In this document: positions 51,586-62,700 of the stretch, one piece after another | Layout of the letters: the number at the start of each line of letters is the position of its first letter | Position numbering within the stretch: position 1 is the stretch's first letter | DNA from: Pseudomonadota bacterium | GTDB taxonomy: Bacteria; Pseudomonadota; Gammaproteobacteria; Nevskiales; Nevskiaceae | Reading direction: 5' to 3' | DNA: 64,000 nt | NCBI GenBank assembly: GCA_052035235.1 | Contig: JBPOHT010000037.1 | Coordinates: 16,759-80,758, forward strand | Program-made: the position numbers and the translations under genes | The notes under the pieces: generated by a model | What the model was told of the DNA's origin: nothing | Databases searched by the model: none | The model's input: the letters and a program-made list of their open reading frames with translations, nothing else

Positions 51586-51619
51586 GGCGGCAGCTGCAGA
51601 TTAAAGCGGGGCGCCGATT

Positions 51620-51997
51620 TTACTCCTTCACGCGCTCGGCCTGCTTGGCTTGCTGCCAGTATTTTTCCATCTCGTCGAGCCGGCGCGGGTCGCCCGGCGG
51701 CGGCAGGTCCGCCAGGTGCTTCAGCACATGGCCGAAGCGGCGCTCGAACTTGGCGTTGGTACGCGCCAGGGCGCGCTCGGCGTCCACGCCCAGGTGGCGT
51801 GCCAGGTTCACGGCCATGAACAGCAGGTCGCCGAGCTCGTCCTCGGAGCGGTCGCGTCCCTGCCCCGCCGCCTCCTTCAGCTCGCCGACCTCCTCGGCCA
51901 GCTTGTCCCAGAGCTCGTCCAGGTGGCGCCAGTCGAACTCCAGTTCGGCGGCTTCCAGCTGCAGGCGCAGGGCTTCGCTCAAGGGGTTTGCGCTCAT
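51620..51997 (-). CDS. MazG-like nucleotide pyrophosphohydrolase (single domain)
   Basis: KLAEEVGEL, DELGDLLFMAVNLARHLGVDAE.AL..TN.KF.RRF. Confidence 0.85.
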   Translation of the reverse strand: MSANPLSEALRLQLEAAELEFDWRHLDELWDKLAEEVGELKEAAGQGRDRSEDELGDLLFMAVNLARHLGVDAERALARTNAKFERRFGHVLKHLADLPPPGDPRRLDEMEKYWQQAKQAERVKE

Positions 51998-52623
51998 GGG
52001 GTCTCCGCCACCTTGTTGGCCAGGTTCCACAGCATGCCGGCGGTGGCGCCCCAGATGCGGTGGCGGCCGAAGTTGAGCTCGAAGAACGGCACGTTGAGCC
52101 CCTCGCGGGACAGCAGCTTGTGTTCGAAATTGCGCAGGTCCAGCACGAAGTCCAGCGGCGCCTCGAACACCTCCGCCACCTCGTCCTCGCAGGGCCGGAT
52201 CTCGGGCTCGCCGCTGACGATGCCGACGACCGGGGTGACCAGGTAGCGGGTCATGGTCGGGTAATCGTCCAGGTAGCCCAGCACCTCGACGCTGGCCGGC
52301 GGCAGGCCCACTTCCTCCTCGGCCTCGCGCAGGGCATTGGCGGCGGCGCTGGCATCGCCCTCGTCGCGGCGCCCGCCGGGGAAGCTGATCTGCCCCTTGT
52401 GTGAGCGCAGGCGGTCGGAGCGCACCGTGAGCATCATGGTCAGGCCGTGCTGCCGTCGGATCACCGGCGCCAGCACGGCGGCCGGGCGCAGCGATTTCAG
52501 CAGCGCCGGTGTCAGCAGCAGCTTGTCCATGTTCAGCGGCAGTTCCAGGCGCGACATGGGCCGCGGCGGCTGCTCGGACGTGTCGGCCAGCGCGCGGCGC
52601 AGGCGCGACTCCCAGTCGGTCAT
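51994..52623 (-). CDS. Nudix CoA pyrophosphatase (NudL family)
   Basis: AAVL, LRSHKGQISFPGG, ALREAEEEVG, IWGATA. Confidence 0.9.
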   Translation of the reverse strand: MTDWESRLRRALADTSEQPPRPMSRLELPLNMDKLLLTPALLKSLRPAAVLAPVIRRQHGLTMMLTVRSDRLRSHKGQISFPGGRRDEGDASAAANALREAEEEVGLPPASVEVLGYLDDYPTMTRYLVTPVVGIVSGEPEIRPCEDEVAEVFEAPLDFVLDLRNFEHKLLSREGLNVPFFELNFGRHRIWGATAGMLWNLANKVAETP

Positions 52624-52684
52624 CGTGATTACCGGAATGTATATTTCTGTTCGCCAGTTTACCCCCTTCACCTACAATCGATGG

Positions 52685-53140
52685 ATGAGCACCCCCAACC
52701 TGGAAACCATCGCGGCGGCCTTCCTGGGCTACATCCCGCACATGCGCGAGTGCGGGCTGAGCCTGGTCCGGGGCTCGCCCGAGGGCGTGGAACTGCGCCT
52801 GCCGTTCCGCGAGGAATGGGTCGGCGACCCGATACGCGGCGTGCTGCATACCGGCCCCATCACGGTGCTGGTGGACAGCAGCTGTGGTCTGGCCGTGCTG
52901 GCCGCGACGCCGGTGCCGGAGACCATCGCGACGCTGGACCTGCGCATGGACTACCTGCGCCCGGCCCTGCGCGACAAGGACCTGTATTGCCGCGCCGAGT
53001 GCTTCCGCATGACGACGCACATCGCCTTCGTGCGGGCCACGGTGTGGCAGGACGACCGCGAGCAGCCGGTGGCGATCAGCCAGTCGGCGTTCATGCGCTC
53101 CTCGACCGGCAAGCCCTGGAAACCGGAGCCCCGCGCATGA
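52685..53140 (+). CDS. PaaI-family hotdog thioesterase
   Basis: GVLHTGPITVLVDSSCG, ATLDLRMDYLRPA. Confidence 0.85.
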   Translation: MSTPNLETIAAAFLGYIPHMRECGLSLVRGSPEGVELRLPFREEWVGDPIRGVLHTGPITVLVDSSCGLAVLAATPVPETIATLDLRMDYLRPALRDKDLYCRAECFRMTTHIAFVRATVWQDDREQPVAISQSAFMRSSTGKPWKPEPRA

Positions 53141-53607
53141 GCGAACCCCTGATCGACTCCGTGGCCGATCCCTTCAGCGAGGCCCGCCGCCTGGCACGCG
53201 AGAACGGCGACTTCTCCCTGCTGGTCGCCACCGTTCCCTACGCGAAGTACCTGGGCGTGCAGTTGTCGCTGCACGAGGGCAAGCCGCGCGCGACCCTGCC
53301 CTTCCGCGAGAATCTCGTTGGCAACCCGCGCCTGCCGGCACTGCATGGCGGCATCACCGCGGCCTTCATGGAAAATGCCGCGATGCTGCACCTGCTCTAC
53401 CAGCTGGACACCGCGCGCGTGCCCAAGAGCATCGATTTCTCGATCGACTACCTGCTGCCGGCACGCACCGAGGAGCTGTACGCCGACTGCGAGATCGGGC
53501 GCATGGGCAGCCGCGTGGCGCAAGCCACGATCCGCTGCTGGCAGAAGTCGCAGGAGCGGCCAGTAGCGGTGGCGCGCGCGCATTTCCTGCTGATGACGCC
53601 GGACTGA
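53137..53607 (+). CDS. PaaI-family hotdog thioesterase
   Basis: VGNPRLPALHGG, PKSIDFSIDYL; ATGA-coupled. Confidence 0.85.
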   Translation: MSEPLIDSVADPFSEARRLARENGDFSLLVATVPYAKYLGVQLSLHEGKPRATLPFRENLVGNPRLPALHGGITAAFMENAAMLHLLYQLDTARVPKSIDFSIDYLLPARTEELYADCEIGRMGSRVAQATIRCWQKSQERPVAVARAHFLLMTPD

Positions 53608-53614
53608 AACCCGC

Positions 53615-53875
53615 TTGAAAACCTTCCGCGAGCTGGACGAGGCCACCGGCCAGGCCAAGGGCGCCGCTTTCCGCGCCTTCAAGCGGCTGGAGCCCGGCCT
53701 GCGCGAGGGGCAGGACTTCCTGCTGCTGCGTCCGGAGCACGACGATGCACGCATCGCCGAACTGCGCGCGCAGGACCGGGTCTATCGCAACAGCGTCAAC
53801 ATCGTCCTGCTGGACGATGCCCTGGCCGAAAGACTCCTGAAACACTTGTCGGGCAACCTGGAGCCGGGGCAGTAA
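53615..53875 (+). CDS. Hypothetical protein
   Basis: 86-aa ORF in operon orientation. Confidence 0.55.
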   Translation: MKTFRELDEATGQAKGAAFRAFKRLEPGLREGQDFLLLRPEHDDARIAELRAQDRVYRNSVNIVLLDDALAERLLKHLSGNLEPGQ

Positions 53876-53971
53876 TACGCCTTGTCCCCCGCCGCACGAT
53901 CTGAAATTGCCAGACCGGCGCGCCGGGTTTACGATCCGGGTCCTTACGATTACCACTATCTGGAGAACATC

Positions 53972-54286
53972 ATGTCCGCTGCCGACTTCCTCAAGAAGCT
54001 GCCGTCCGCGTTCAATGCCGCCGAAGCCTCGGGCACCAACTGCACGATCAACTTCGTCTGCTCCAAGCCAGTCAATGTCGTGATCAACAACGGCACCTGC
54101 ACGGCCAACGACGGCACGGCCGGCAACGCCGACCTGACCATCACCATGGAAGACGACGACCTGATCGCGCTGATGAAGGGCGAGCTCAACGGCATGACCG
54201 CGTTCATGACCGGCAAGCTGCAGGTCGACGGCGACCTGATGCTCGCGCAGCGCATGGCCAGCTTCTTCGATGCCTCCAAGCTCTGA
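53972..54286 (+). CDS. SCP2 sterol/lipid-binding domain protein
   Basis: ADLTITM, GELNGMTAFMTGKLQVDGDLMLAQR; GGAGA RBS. Confidence 0.9.
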   Translation: MSAADFLKKLPSAFNAAEASGTNCTINFVCSKPVNVVINNGTCTANDGTAGNADLTITMEDDDLIALMKGELNGMTAFMTGKLQVDGDLMLAQRMASFFDASKL

Positions 54287-54983
54287 TCCTTCGATCAGTG
54301 CCGAACAAGCCCTGGGCAGCGATGCCCGGGGTTTTTCGTTTGCGCTGCAGGAGAACCAGGGTCGCCTGGAGCTGCGCGCCCTGCACCGCCCGGACTACGG
54401 TGCCATCTGGATCGACTGGGGCAGCGCCGAGCAGCGCCGGCGTATCGCCGGCGGACGCAAGCAGTTGATGGCCCGCGCGCTGGGCCTGGCCAGGCGACCG
54501 GATCTGGAAATCCTGGATGCCACCGGCGGCCTGGGCCGCGATGCCTTCACGCTGGCGTCCCTGGGCGCCCGCGTGACGCTGGTGGAGCGCCAGCCGCAGA
54601 TCGCCGACCTGCTGGCCGACGCACACCGGCGCGCCCTGGCCGACCCGGCGCTGGCTGCGGCGGCGGCGCGGATCGAACTGCGCCGCGGTGACGCCGCCAC
54701 GATCCTGCGCGAGGGTCGCTGGGACAGCGTCTACCTGGACCCGATGTATCCGCACAGCGGCAAGACCGCCCTGCCGCAGAAGGAAATGCAGATCTTCCGC
54801 GACCTGGCCGGGGCGGATCCGGATGCCGATGCCCTGCTGGAGCCGGCACTGCAGGCGGCACGCCTGCGGGTGGCGGTGAAGCGGCCGCTGCACGCCCCCT
54901 GGATGGCGGCCCGCAAGCCTTCTCTGGAACAGCGCGGCACGCAGGCGCGCTTCGACATCTATCTGTGCGGGACCTCCCCGTAG
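54270..54983 (+). CDS. rsmJ: 16S rRNA m2G1516 methyltransferase
   Basis: DATGGLGRDAF, VYLDPMYP, RVAVKRP, RFDIY. Confidence 0.9.
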   Translation: MPPSSDPSISAEQALGSDARGFSFALQENQGRLELRALHRPDYGAIWIDWGSAEQRRRIAGGRKQLMARALGLARRPDLEILDATGGLGRDAFTLASLGARVTLVERQPQIADLLADAHRRALADPALAAAAARIELRRGDAATILREGRWDSVYLDPMYPHSGKTALPQKEMQIFRDLAGADPDADALLEPALQAARLRVAVKRPLHAPWMAARKPSLEQRGTQARFDIYLCGTSP

Positions 54984-55052
54984 GAATACGGTGACGCACG
55001 CGCGCCGGCTTGCGATACGCTTGCGGCAGCCGCCAAACCCCTAGAGGAAGAA

Positions 55053-55550
55053 ATGCGACTGCTGAGCCTGGTGCGTCATGCCAAGTCCTCCTGGGACTAC
55101 GAGGAGCTGAGCGATTTCGAGCGTCCGCTGAACGAACGCGGGCGCCGCGATGCACCGGCGATGGCGCAGCGCGCGCGCCGGCTGCTGGGTGTCCCCGACC
55201 GGCTGGTGTCGAGCCCGGCCCTGCGCGCGATCACCACCGCGCACGTCTTCGCCGACAGCTTTGGCCTGGGGCGCGAGGAAATCCTGCTGCAGCCGCGCAT
55301 CTACGAGGCGTCACCGGCCACGCTGGTGCAGATCCTCGGCCAGCTCGACGATGCCGACCGCCACGTGATGCTGTTCGGTCACAACCCCGGCTTCAGCCAG
55401 CTGGCGGGCTTGCTGGCGCCCTGCCCCTTCGACGAGGTTCCGACCTGTGCGGTCGTGCAAGTGGCGCTGGAGATCGAACACTGGCGCGATGCCGGCCCGG
55501 GGCTGGGCAAGCTGCGTCATTACCTGTATCCCAAGGACGGCAGCGACTAA
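55053..55550 (+). CDS. sixA: Histidine phosphatase, SixA family
   Basis: LVRHAKS, DFERPLNERG, SSPALRA, FGHNP. Confidence 0.8.
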   Translation: MRLLSLVRHAKSSWDYEELSDFERPLNERGRRDAPAMAQRARRLLGVPDRLVSSPALRAITTAHVFADSFGLGREEILLQPRIYEASPATLVQILGQLDDADRHVMLFGHNPGFSQLAGLLAPCPFDEVPTCAVVQVALEIEHWRDAGPGLGKLRHYLYPKDGSD

Positions 55551-55595
55551 GGTCGCTGGGAATGGCAGCGACCCAATCGCCGGGGATGGCAGCGA

Positions 55596-56123
55596 TCAGC
55601 CGGCCTTTATCGTCTGCAGCTTGGCCTTGTAGCGCTGCGCGTTCTGCACGTAGTGCTGCGCCTGCAGCTTGAGGAACGCCGCCTCCTGCTCGCCCAGCTC
55701 ACGCACCACCTTGGCCGGCGAACCCATGATCAGCGAGTTGTCCGGGAAGATCTTGCCTTCCGGGATCAGCGACTTGGCGCCGACAATGCTGTTGCGCCCG
55801 ATCTTCACGCGATTGAGGATCACCGAGCCGATGCCGACCAGCGAGTTGTCGCCGATCTCGCAGCCGTGCAGCATCACCAGGTGGCCGATGGTGCAGTCGC
55901 GGCCGATGGTCAGGCGGATGCCGGGATCGGTATGCAGCACCGAGCCATCCTGGACGTTGCTGTTCTCGCCGATCACGATCTCGTCGCAGTCGCCGCGCAG
56001 CACGGCGTTGAACCAGACGCTGGCATTGTGCTCCAAGGTCACGGCGCCGATCAGGGTGGCGTTGGGTGCAACCCAGCAATCCCCCTTAAACTGGGGCTCC
56101 CGTCCATCGAGGGCGTAGATCAT
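55596..56123 (-). CDS. Gamma-carbonic-anhydrase-family hexapeptide-repeat protein
   Basis: [32 protein letters not shown]. Confidence 0.9.
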   Translation of the reverse strand: MIYALDGREPQFKGDCWVAPNATLIGAVTLEHNASVWFNAVLRGDCDEIVIGENSNVQDGSVLHTDPGIRLTIGRDCTIGHLVMLHGCEIGDNSLVGIGSVILNRVKIGRNSIVGAKSLIPEGKIFPDNSLIMGSPAKVVRELGEQEAAFLKLQAQHYVQNAQRYKAKLQTIKAG

Positions 56124-56154
56124 GCGTGGCTTCCGTAGTGGCTTTCGTAAAGGG

Positions 56155-56781
56155 ATGGTCGATTTCCGCAGTCTGGCGGGCAGCCTGCTGCTGCTGCAAG
56201 CCTTGTTGCTGCTCGGCGCCTGCAGCGACAAGACGCCCAAGCTCCCGGCCCTGCCACCGGACACGGTGGTGCTGGCCTTTGGTGACAGCCTGACCTACGG
56301 CACCGGCGCCAGCCCGCGCCAGAGCTATCCGGCGGTGCTGGAGGGGCTGATCGGCCGCAAGGTGGTCAACGCCGGCGTGCCAGGCGAAACCACGGCGGAA
56401 GGACGCGATCGCCTGCCGGAGATCCTGGACGAGACCGAACCCGGCCTGGTGATCCTCTGCCTGGGCGGCAACGACATGCTGCGGCAGATGGACCGCGCCC
56501 AGATGCGCGCCAACCTCAGCGCGATGATCCAGGAGATACGCGGACGTGGCATCCCCCTGATGCTGCTGGGTGTGCCGGAGCCGAAACTGCTGTCGCTGAA
56601 GGCGGAGCCCGGCTACGCGGCGCTGGCGCAGGAGCACGGCCTGCCGATCGAGGACCGGGTCATCGCCGAAGTGCTGGGCGACCGCAGCCTGAAGTCCGAC
56701 CAGATCCATCCCAATGCCCAGGGTTACCGGCAGATGGCAGAGAAGATTGCGGAACTGCTGAAGAAGGCCGGAGCCCTGTGA
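56155..56781 (+). CDS. GDSL/SGNH arylesterase lipoprotein
   Basis: Lipobox LLGAC, FGDSLT, GGND, D.IHPN. Confidence 0.88.
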   Translation: MVDFRSLAGSLLLLQALLLLGACSDKTPKLPALPPDTVVLAFGDSLTYGTGASPRQSYPAVLEGLIGRKVVNAGVPGETTAEGRDRLPEILDETEPGLVILCLGGNDMLRQMDRAQMRANLSAMIQEIRGRGIPLMLLGVPEPKLLSLKAEPGYAALAQEHGLPIEDRVIAEVLGDRSLKSDQIHPNAQGYRQMAEKIAELLKKAGAL

Positions 56782-56805
56782 CCTCGCCCGCGGATCGCGA
56801 CGGAA

Positions 56806-57300
56806 TCAGAGCGCGGCGGCAGGCAGGATGCGTGGGCGCGCCGCCAGGCTGAAACCATGGCCGTGCTCCAGCAGGTACTCCAGCCACTTGCCGAGCATCA
56901 GGTTGCGCTGCCATTGCGCGCTGAGGAATTGCCCAGCCTTGGGGTCGCCTTCTTCGGTCGCATCCCAGGGCGGTCGCTGGCTGCAGGCCAGGGCCTCGGC
57001 CACTGCGGCGTCGCGGTAGACGCGCACCCACAGGTCCGGCTGGCGGCGGACGCCGTCCTGGTCCACGAATTCGTATGACAGCTTGAAGCTGACCGTGTAG
57101 CGGTCACGGTCCGTCACGCGCAGGTGCAGCGGCAGGTCGCTCTGGCTGCGGGAAACGGCTTCGTCGAACGGCAGTTCCAGCTCCGGGATCAGCCGCTCCA
57201 GCAGGTGGTAGTTGCGCTCGTAGAGATCGAGCAGGTGCGCCAGCCGCCGCGACTTGCCGCAGCAGGGACAGACGTAACCATGGCCAGTGGAGGCTTGCAT
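56806..57300 (-). CDS. DUF1249/YqiB-like protein
   Basis: LYERNY..L.RL, VRVYRDA.VAE, N..L.KWL.Y....G. Confidence 0.7.
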   Translation of the reverse strand: MQASTGHGYVCPCCGKSRRLAHLLDLYERNYHLLERLIPELELPFDEAVSRSQSDLPLHLRVTDRDRYTVSFKLSYEFVDQDGVRRQPDLWVRVYRDAAVAEALACSQRPPWDATEEGDPKAGQFLSAQWQRNLMLGKWLEYLLEHGHGFSLAARPRILPAAAL

Positions 57301-57356
57301 GTGGTGACTATAAGATAGGGCTCACGACTGGGACAAACAAAACAAAGGAGAGCATC

Positions 57357-58988
57357 ATGGCGATCCGAGAAATCTCCACCAAACCCTACCTCGACCAGAA
57401 ATCCGGCACGGCGGGACTGCGCAAGAAAGTCGCAGTCTTCCAGCAGCCGCACTACCTCGAGAACTTCCTGCAATCGGTCTTCGACTGCGTGCAGGAACTG
57501 CGCGGCGGCACCCTGATCATTGGGGGCGACGGCCGCTATTACAACCGCACGGCGATCCAGACCGCCTGCGCGGTGGCCACCGGCAACGGCGTGGCGCGCA
57601 TCGTCATCGGCCAGGGCGGCCTGCTGTCGACGCCGGCGGCCTCTCACCTGATCCGCAAGCGTGGCGCACAGGGCGGGCTGCTGTTCACCGCCAGCCACAA
57701 TCCGGCCGGACCGGACGGCGACTTCGGCATCAAGTTCAACATTGCCGGCGGCGGACAGGCCAGCGAAGGCCTCACCAACCGCATCTACGAAACCAGCAAG
57801 CAGCTGACGCGCTATCGGGCGCACGAGGGCGGACAGGTGGACCTGGATCGCCGCGGGCTGCAGACGCTGGGCAGCACCGAGATCGAGGTGATCGACTGCG
57901 TCGACGACTACTCGCAGCTGATGCAGGAGCTGTTCGACTTCGACCGCATCCGCGACTGGTTCAAGCAGGGCCACACACTGCGCTTCGACGCGATGCACGC
58001 GGTGACCGGCCCGTATGCCGAGCGCATCTTCGTGGAGCAACTCGGCGCGCCGCTGCTGAGCGTGCAGAACGCGAGCCCGCTGGAAGATTTCGGCGGTGGC
58101 CACCCAGACCCGAACCTGATCTACGCCAAGCCGCTGGTGGACCTGGCCTTCAGCGCCAATGGCCCCGACCTGGCGGCCGCCAGCGACGGTGACGGCGACC
58201 GCAACATGATCCTCGGCAAGGACATCTTCATCTCGCCAGGTGACTCGCTGGCAATGCTGGCGGCCCATCTGCACGAACTGCCCGGCTATCGCCGTGGCCT
58301 GGCCGGCCTGGCGCGCTCGATGCCGACCTGCCGCGCCGCCGACAAGGTGGCCAGCGCGCTGGCAATTCCCCTCTACGAAACGCCCACCGGCTGGAAGTTC
58401 TTCGCCAACCTGCTGGATGCCGGCAAGCTGACGCTCTGCGGCGAAGAAAGCTTCGGCACCAGCAGCGTCCATGCCCGCGAGAAGGATGGCGTCTGGGCGG
58501 TGCTGGCCTGGCTCAACGTGCTGGCGGTGACCGGCCTGTCGGTGAAGGAGATCGCGCAGCGGCACTGGAAGCGCTTCGGCCGACACTACTACGCGCGCCA
58601 CGACTACGACGAACTGCCCGGCCCCGCCGCCGACAGCGTGATGCAGGCACTGGCCAACCAGCTCGCCGAACTGCCGGGACGCAGCTTCGGTGACTACACG
58701 GTCAGCGAGGCCGATGAGTTCAGCTACCGCGATCCGGTGGACAACAGCATCGCCGTGAACCAGGGCCTGCGCGTGATCTTTGGCGATGCGGCGCGCATCA
58801 TCCTGCGGCTGTCCGGCACCGGCACCAAGGGCTCGACGCTGCGCGTGTACCTGGAGCGCTACGAAACACGCGAAAGCGCGCTGAACTGGGAAACCCGCGA
58901 TGCGCTGGCACCGCTGGTCAACCTGGCCGATCGCCTGACGCGCATCGGCGAGCTGACCGGCCGCAAGGCACCGAGCGTGATCACCTGA
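57357..58988 (+). CDS. pgm: Phosphoglucomutase
   Basis: DQKSGTAGLRKK, TASHNP, SDGDGDRNMI, CGEESFG, RLSGTGT.G.TLRVY. Confidence 0.95.
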   Translation: MAIREISTKPYLDQKSGTAGLRKKVAVFQQPHYLENFLQSVFDCVQELRGGTLIIGGDGRYYNRTAIQTACAVATGNGVARIVIGQGGLLSTPAASHLIRKRGAQGGLLFTASHNPAGPDGDFGIKFNIAGGGQASEGLTNRIYETSKQLTRYRAHEGGQVDLDRRGLQTLGSTEIEVIDCVDDYSQLMQELFDFDRIRDWFKQGHTLRFDAMHAVTGPYAERIFVEQLGAPLLSVQNASPLEDFGGGHPDPNLIYAKPLVDLAFSANGPDLAAASDGDGDRNMILGKDIFISPGDSLAMLAAHLHELPGYRRGLAGLARSMPTCRAADKVASALAIPLYETPTGWKFFANLLDAGKLTLCGEESFGTSSVHAREKDGVWAVLAWLNVLAVTGLSVKEIAQRHWKRFGRHYYARHDYDELPGPAADSVMQALANQLAELPGRSFGDYTVSEADEFSYRDPVDNSIAVNQGLRVIFGDAARIILRLSGTGTKGSTLRVYLERYETRESALNWETRDALAPLVNLADRLTRIGELTGRKAPSVIT

Positions 58989-59073
58989 AATCCCGAACCG
59001 GAGTCCGGAGCGGTCAAGGCTGGCAAATTGCACGCCGCGCCCGGACAATGGACGCCGTCCATGGAGGGCGACG

Positions 59074-59706
59074 TTGAATATCCTGCTGGTCGACGACCAC
59101 GAACTGTTCCGCGAAGGCATCAAGCTGCTGCTGGCCAACCTGGCCGAGGACGTCGTCTTCGCCGAAGCCCCGAGTTGCAATGCTGCCCTGGCCCACCCGG
59201 CCAGTTCGCCGCTGGATGTCATCCTGCTCGACTTCCACCTGCCGGGCACGCATGGCTTCGAGGCCTTGCGCGCCCTGCGCGCGCATTTCGAGCAACCGGC
59301 TATCGTGGTGCTGTCGGCCGAGGAGAATCCGGCGCTGATCGTACAGGCCATCGATGAAGGTGCCGCGGGCTTCATCCCCAAGACCTCCAGCCATGCGGTG
59401 ATGATGGCGGCCCTGCGCCTGGTACTGGCCGGCGGAACCTACCTGCCTCCGCATGCACTGCTGGGCGCCGCCTCGCCGACCACCACGGCGCAGCAACCGG
59501 GCGACCTGCTGGCCGAGCTGACGCCGCGCCAGGTGGAGACGCTGAGGCTGGCGATGCAGGGCAAGGCCAACAAGGTGATCGCCCGTGAGATGGATGTGTC
59601 CGAGGCGACGGTCAAGGCGCACCTGTCCGCCTCGTTCCGCGCACTGGGCGTGCGCAACCGCACCGAGGCGGTGTTTACCGCGGCGCGCCTCGGATTAAAG
59701 ATCTAG
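59074..59706 (+). CDS. NarL/LuxR-family response regulator
   Basis: Receiver domain (VDDH, LLDF, GFIPK) plus HTH LTPRQ...NK.IA..M..SE.TVK.H; GGAGG RBS. Confidence 0.92.
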   Translation: MNILLVDDHELFREGIKLLLANLAEDVVFAEAPSCNAALAHPASSPLDVILLDFHLPGTHGFEALRALRAHFEQPAIVVLSAEENPALIVQAIDEGAAGFIPKTSSHAVMMAALRLVLAGGTYLPPHALLGAASPTTTAQQPGDLLAELTPRQVETLRLAMQGKANKVIAREMDVSEATVKAHLSASFRALGVRNRTEAVFTAARLGLKI

Positions 59707-62700
59707 CGTCTCGCGCACTTGCCGCTCCGGCGGCTGTGCAAGCGATTCGTCTGTGCTGAATTCGCAATGCAGCTGCCAGCGCCGAGGGGATTCCGGCTGC
59801 AATGACAGTTGCGTGAATCCGGCACCGCCGTAGACGCGAGTGTCGATCTCGCACTCCCAGCTTCCGCTCACACCCTCGAAGCACAGGACTTCCGCCTGGG
59901 CCAACTCGGCCGCGTCGGCGTTGGCGAAACGGTAAGGGGCATTGAGCCCGGCGGTATGGATGGAGTGCAGGACGACCTCCTCCGCAGCGCCCGGCCGACG
60001 CAAACGAGCGGTCGTGAACAGGCCCAGGTGCTCGTCGCCGGACAGGAACACCAGGCCACGCAACTGGTGTTCGCCGATCAACTCCAGCAGCGACAGCAGG
60101 GTTTCCGGGTAGCCGTCCCAGCCGTCGGAGCGGCGGCAGGCACGCGTGCCCGCATCCTGCTTGCCGAAGGCCAACCGTGCCGGCATGGCATAGCGATGAC
60201 GTGGCAGCAGCACGGCCGGGGACACGATCAGCCGCGGCCGGTCGCGGGGGCCATCCAGCAGCCAGCGGCGCAAGGCGTTCCACTGCTCGGCCCCCAGCAG
60301 TCCCTGTGCACCGATGCCAGTATCGCCATGACGTCCCTGGCGACGGCTGCGGGTATCGAGCAGGAAGACCGGTATGCCCTGCGCCTCGAAAGCGCGCCAC
60401 AGCGGCTCCGCCAGCGCTTCCTCGGCCGTGTGGGTCCAGTGCAGCCGCTGGTAGCGCAGGAAGTACTTCAGCCCGCGCTCCAGGGTTTCCTGGTTGTGCC
60501 GCCGCGCGGGTTCAGGAGCGTCCGGCGGCAAGGGCTCCCAGTTGTCTTCGAGCTCATGGTCGTCTGGCAGGCAGACCACGGGGACCCTTCCCAGGGCACG
60601 GCGTACGCTGCGTTGATGGAGCCAGGCCTCGTATGGCTTGCGATAACGATCGTCCGCCAGGATGGGATCGAACAGGCCGGCGGTGGCATCGGCATAGATC
60701 TGGTCGCCGGTGAGCACGAGCAACTGCGGCGGCTCGTCACCGTCCAGGCGATCGTTCAGCAGTTCCCAAGGCTGCGCCGGGCAACGCTCGTTGAGGATGC
60801 CGGGCGGATAGCCGCAACTGCCCAGCGCCAGCCTCAGGCCGGGTGTGTCGGACGATGCAGGCAATCGCACCAGCCCCGGAGGGCTCGGCGATGTCGTGAG
60901 GTTGATCTGCTCGACCGCCTTTTCGATGGCATCGGCCATCGCCGAAGCAGCGATGTCCTCGTTGGCGGCAGGCGCACGCTCCTGCCAGAGCTTCCGGGCG
61001 GCATTGCTCTCCGACGGATCGAAGGCCCGCTGGTCCATGCAGGGCGGCTGGGGATAGAGCGGCAGCACCAGCAGCTGCCGCACGGCCGCGTCCCTGGTCC
61101 ACGGGGGCAGGTCCTGCGCGAACCAGTCGGTGTCGTGCCCGGTCAGCGGCAACAGGATGCCCTCCGGACCGAGACCGAGCCTGCGCATCAGGTGCCCGTA
61201 GCGCCAGCGCCCCTGGGCATCGGGTTCCACCGGCAGCAGGCACAAGGCCTCCGGACGGCCCAATTGGGGGCTGGCTCCCAGGCCGAGCGTCCATGCGCCC
61301 TGCGGGCGGCGCTGCAGCATCGGCCCCAGCCAGGGCGCTTCGGCTATGTAGGGGCGCTGCTCCACGCGAGGCTGGGATCGCGGCTCTACGGGGGCGTCCA
61401 GGAATCCCAGGATATGAGCGCAGGTCTCCCCTGCCCGGCGGCCGATCAGGCTGTCCTGGTGTCCCATGCCCGGCAGGATGCGCTTCTCGACCTCGCAGCC
61501 GGCATCGCGCAGTATCGCCTCGGCACGATGCGCCGTCGCGACGTCGGCCAGGCCGTTGTCCTGCCCGTGCAGCACGAGTGTCCTGAAACGCCAATGCGCC
61601 TGCAGTGCCTCGCGCGAAACGAAGCGGTTGCGACCGCTGCGATCGGTGATGGTCTGGTGCTGGGTGAAATGGATGACCTGCGCTACGGTGTCCAGGTTCA
61701 GAGGCCCGAACAGGTCGTCGATGTGATCCAGGACCTTGGGGCTCAGTGAGCCCAGGGAAAAGGTGCGCCCATAGATCGCATCCATGCGATGGCGCGAGGC
61801 GAGATACTCGGTGCGGCAAGGCAGCACTGGATTTTCCTGGCGCAACTCCTCGTCGGGATACGGCAGGCTGCCGAGGAAGCGATCCAGCAACTCCATGCCC
61901 AGGCCCTGCTCCGGCTCGGGGCGGAAGTCATAGCGCAGCGGCCCGAACAACTGCTCCAGGTAGGACATCACGTAACCGCGGAAGATGTTCTGCTGGCTCA
62001 TCACCATCACCGGGCCGTTCTGCGACAGCACGACCCGGCGTAGCCGCTGCGGCAGGACGCGACGCTCCACGGCGTATCGGTCCGGACCGCTGTCGGTGGA
62101 TGAGCCACGCGGGCGTAGCAGCCGCTCGATCTCCGCGGCTGTCTTTCCGGCGGACAGGACGGCCTGGCTCAGCATGACCGCACCCATGCAGTGCGCAACG
62201 ACATCCAGCGGCCGCTGGCCACTGCGCCACCAGATGTAGTCCACCGCGGCGGGGATGTCGTTGAGCGCTACCTGCTCGAAGGTCCAGGGCAGGCCAGCCG
62301 TCGGCAGGCCGGCGCTGCTGCGCAGGTCGGCGACCCAGACGTCGCGACCGCTGGCAGCCAGACGGGCCGCAAGACTGGGTTCGAGCACGGGATGCGCATA
62401 GCTGGTGCCGCTGGCACTGTAGCCGTGGATCAGCAGGACCGGCGCCGCCGTGCCGGCATCGACGGTGGCAGTCGGAGCACGGCGGTATCGCGCCAGGCGC
62501 AGGCGCAGCGGCGTACCCTCGGCCTCACCCAGTTCCAGCCAGTGGATTTCCGGCGCCGGCAGTCCCGGCAGCTTGCCCGGCAAGCGCTGCAGCGCCCGGT
62601 GCCGCGGCGTATCCGGCTTGCGCAGGTTCCAGACGTGGATCGTCAGCAGCAGGCGCATGAAGTAGGCGGCAAGCGAGACGAAATCCATCAGGGCTTCGAC

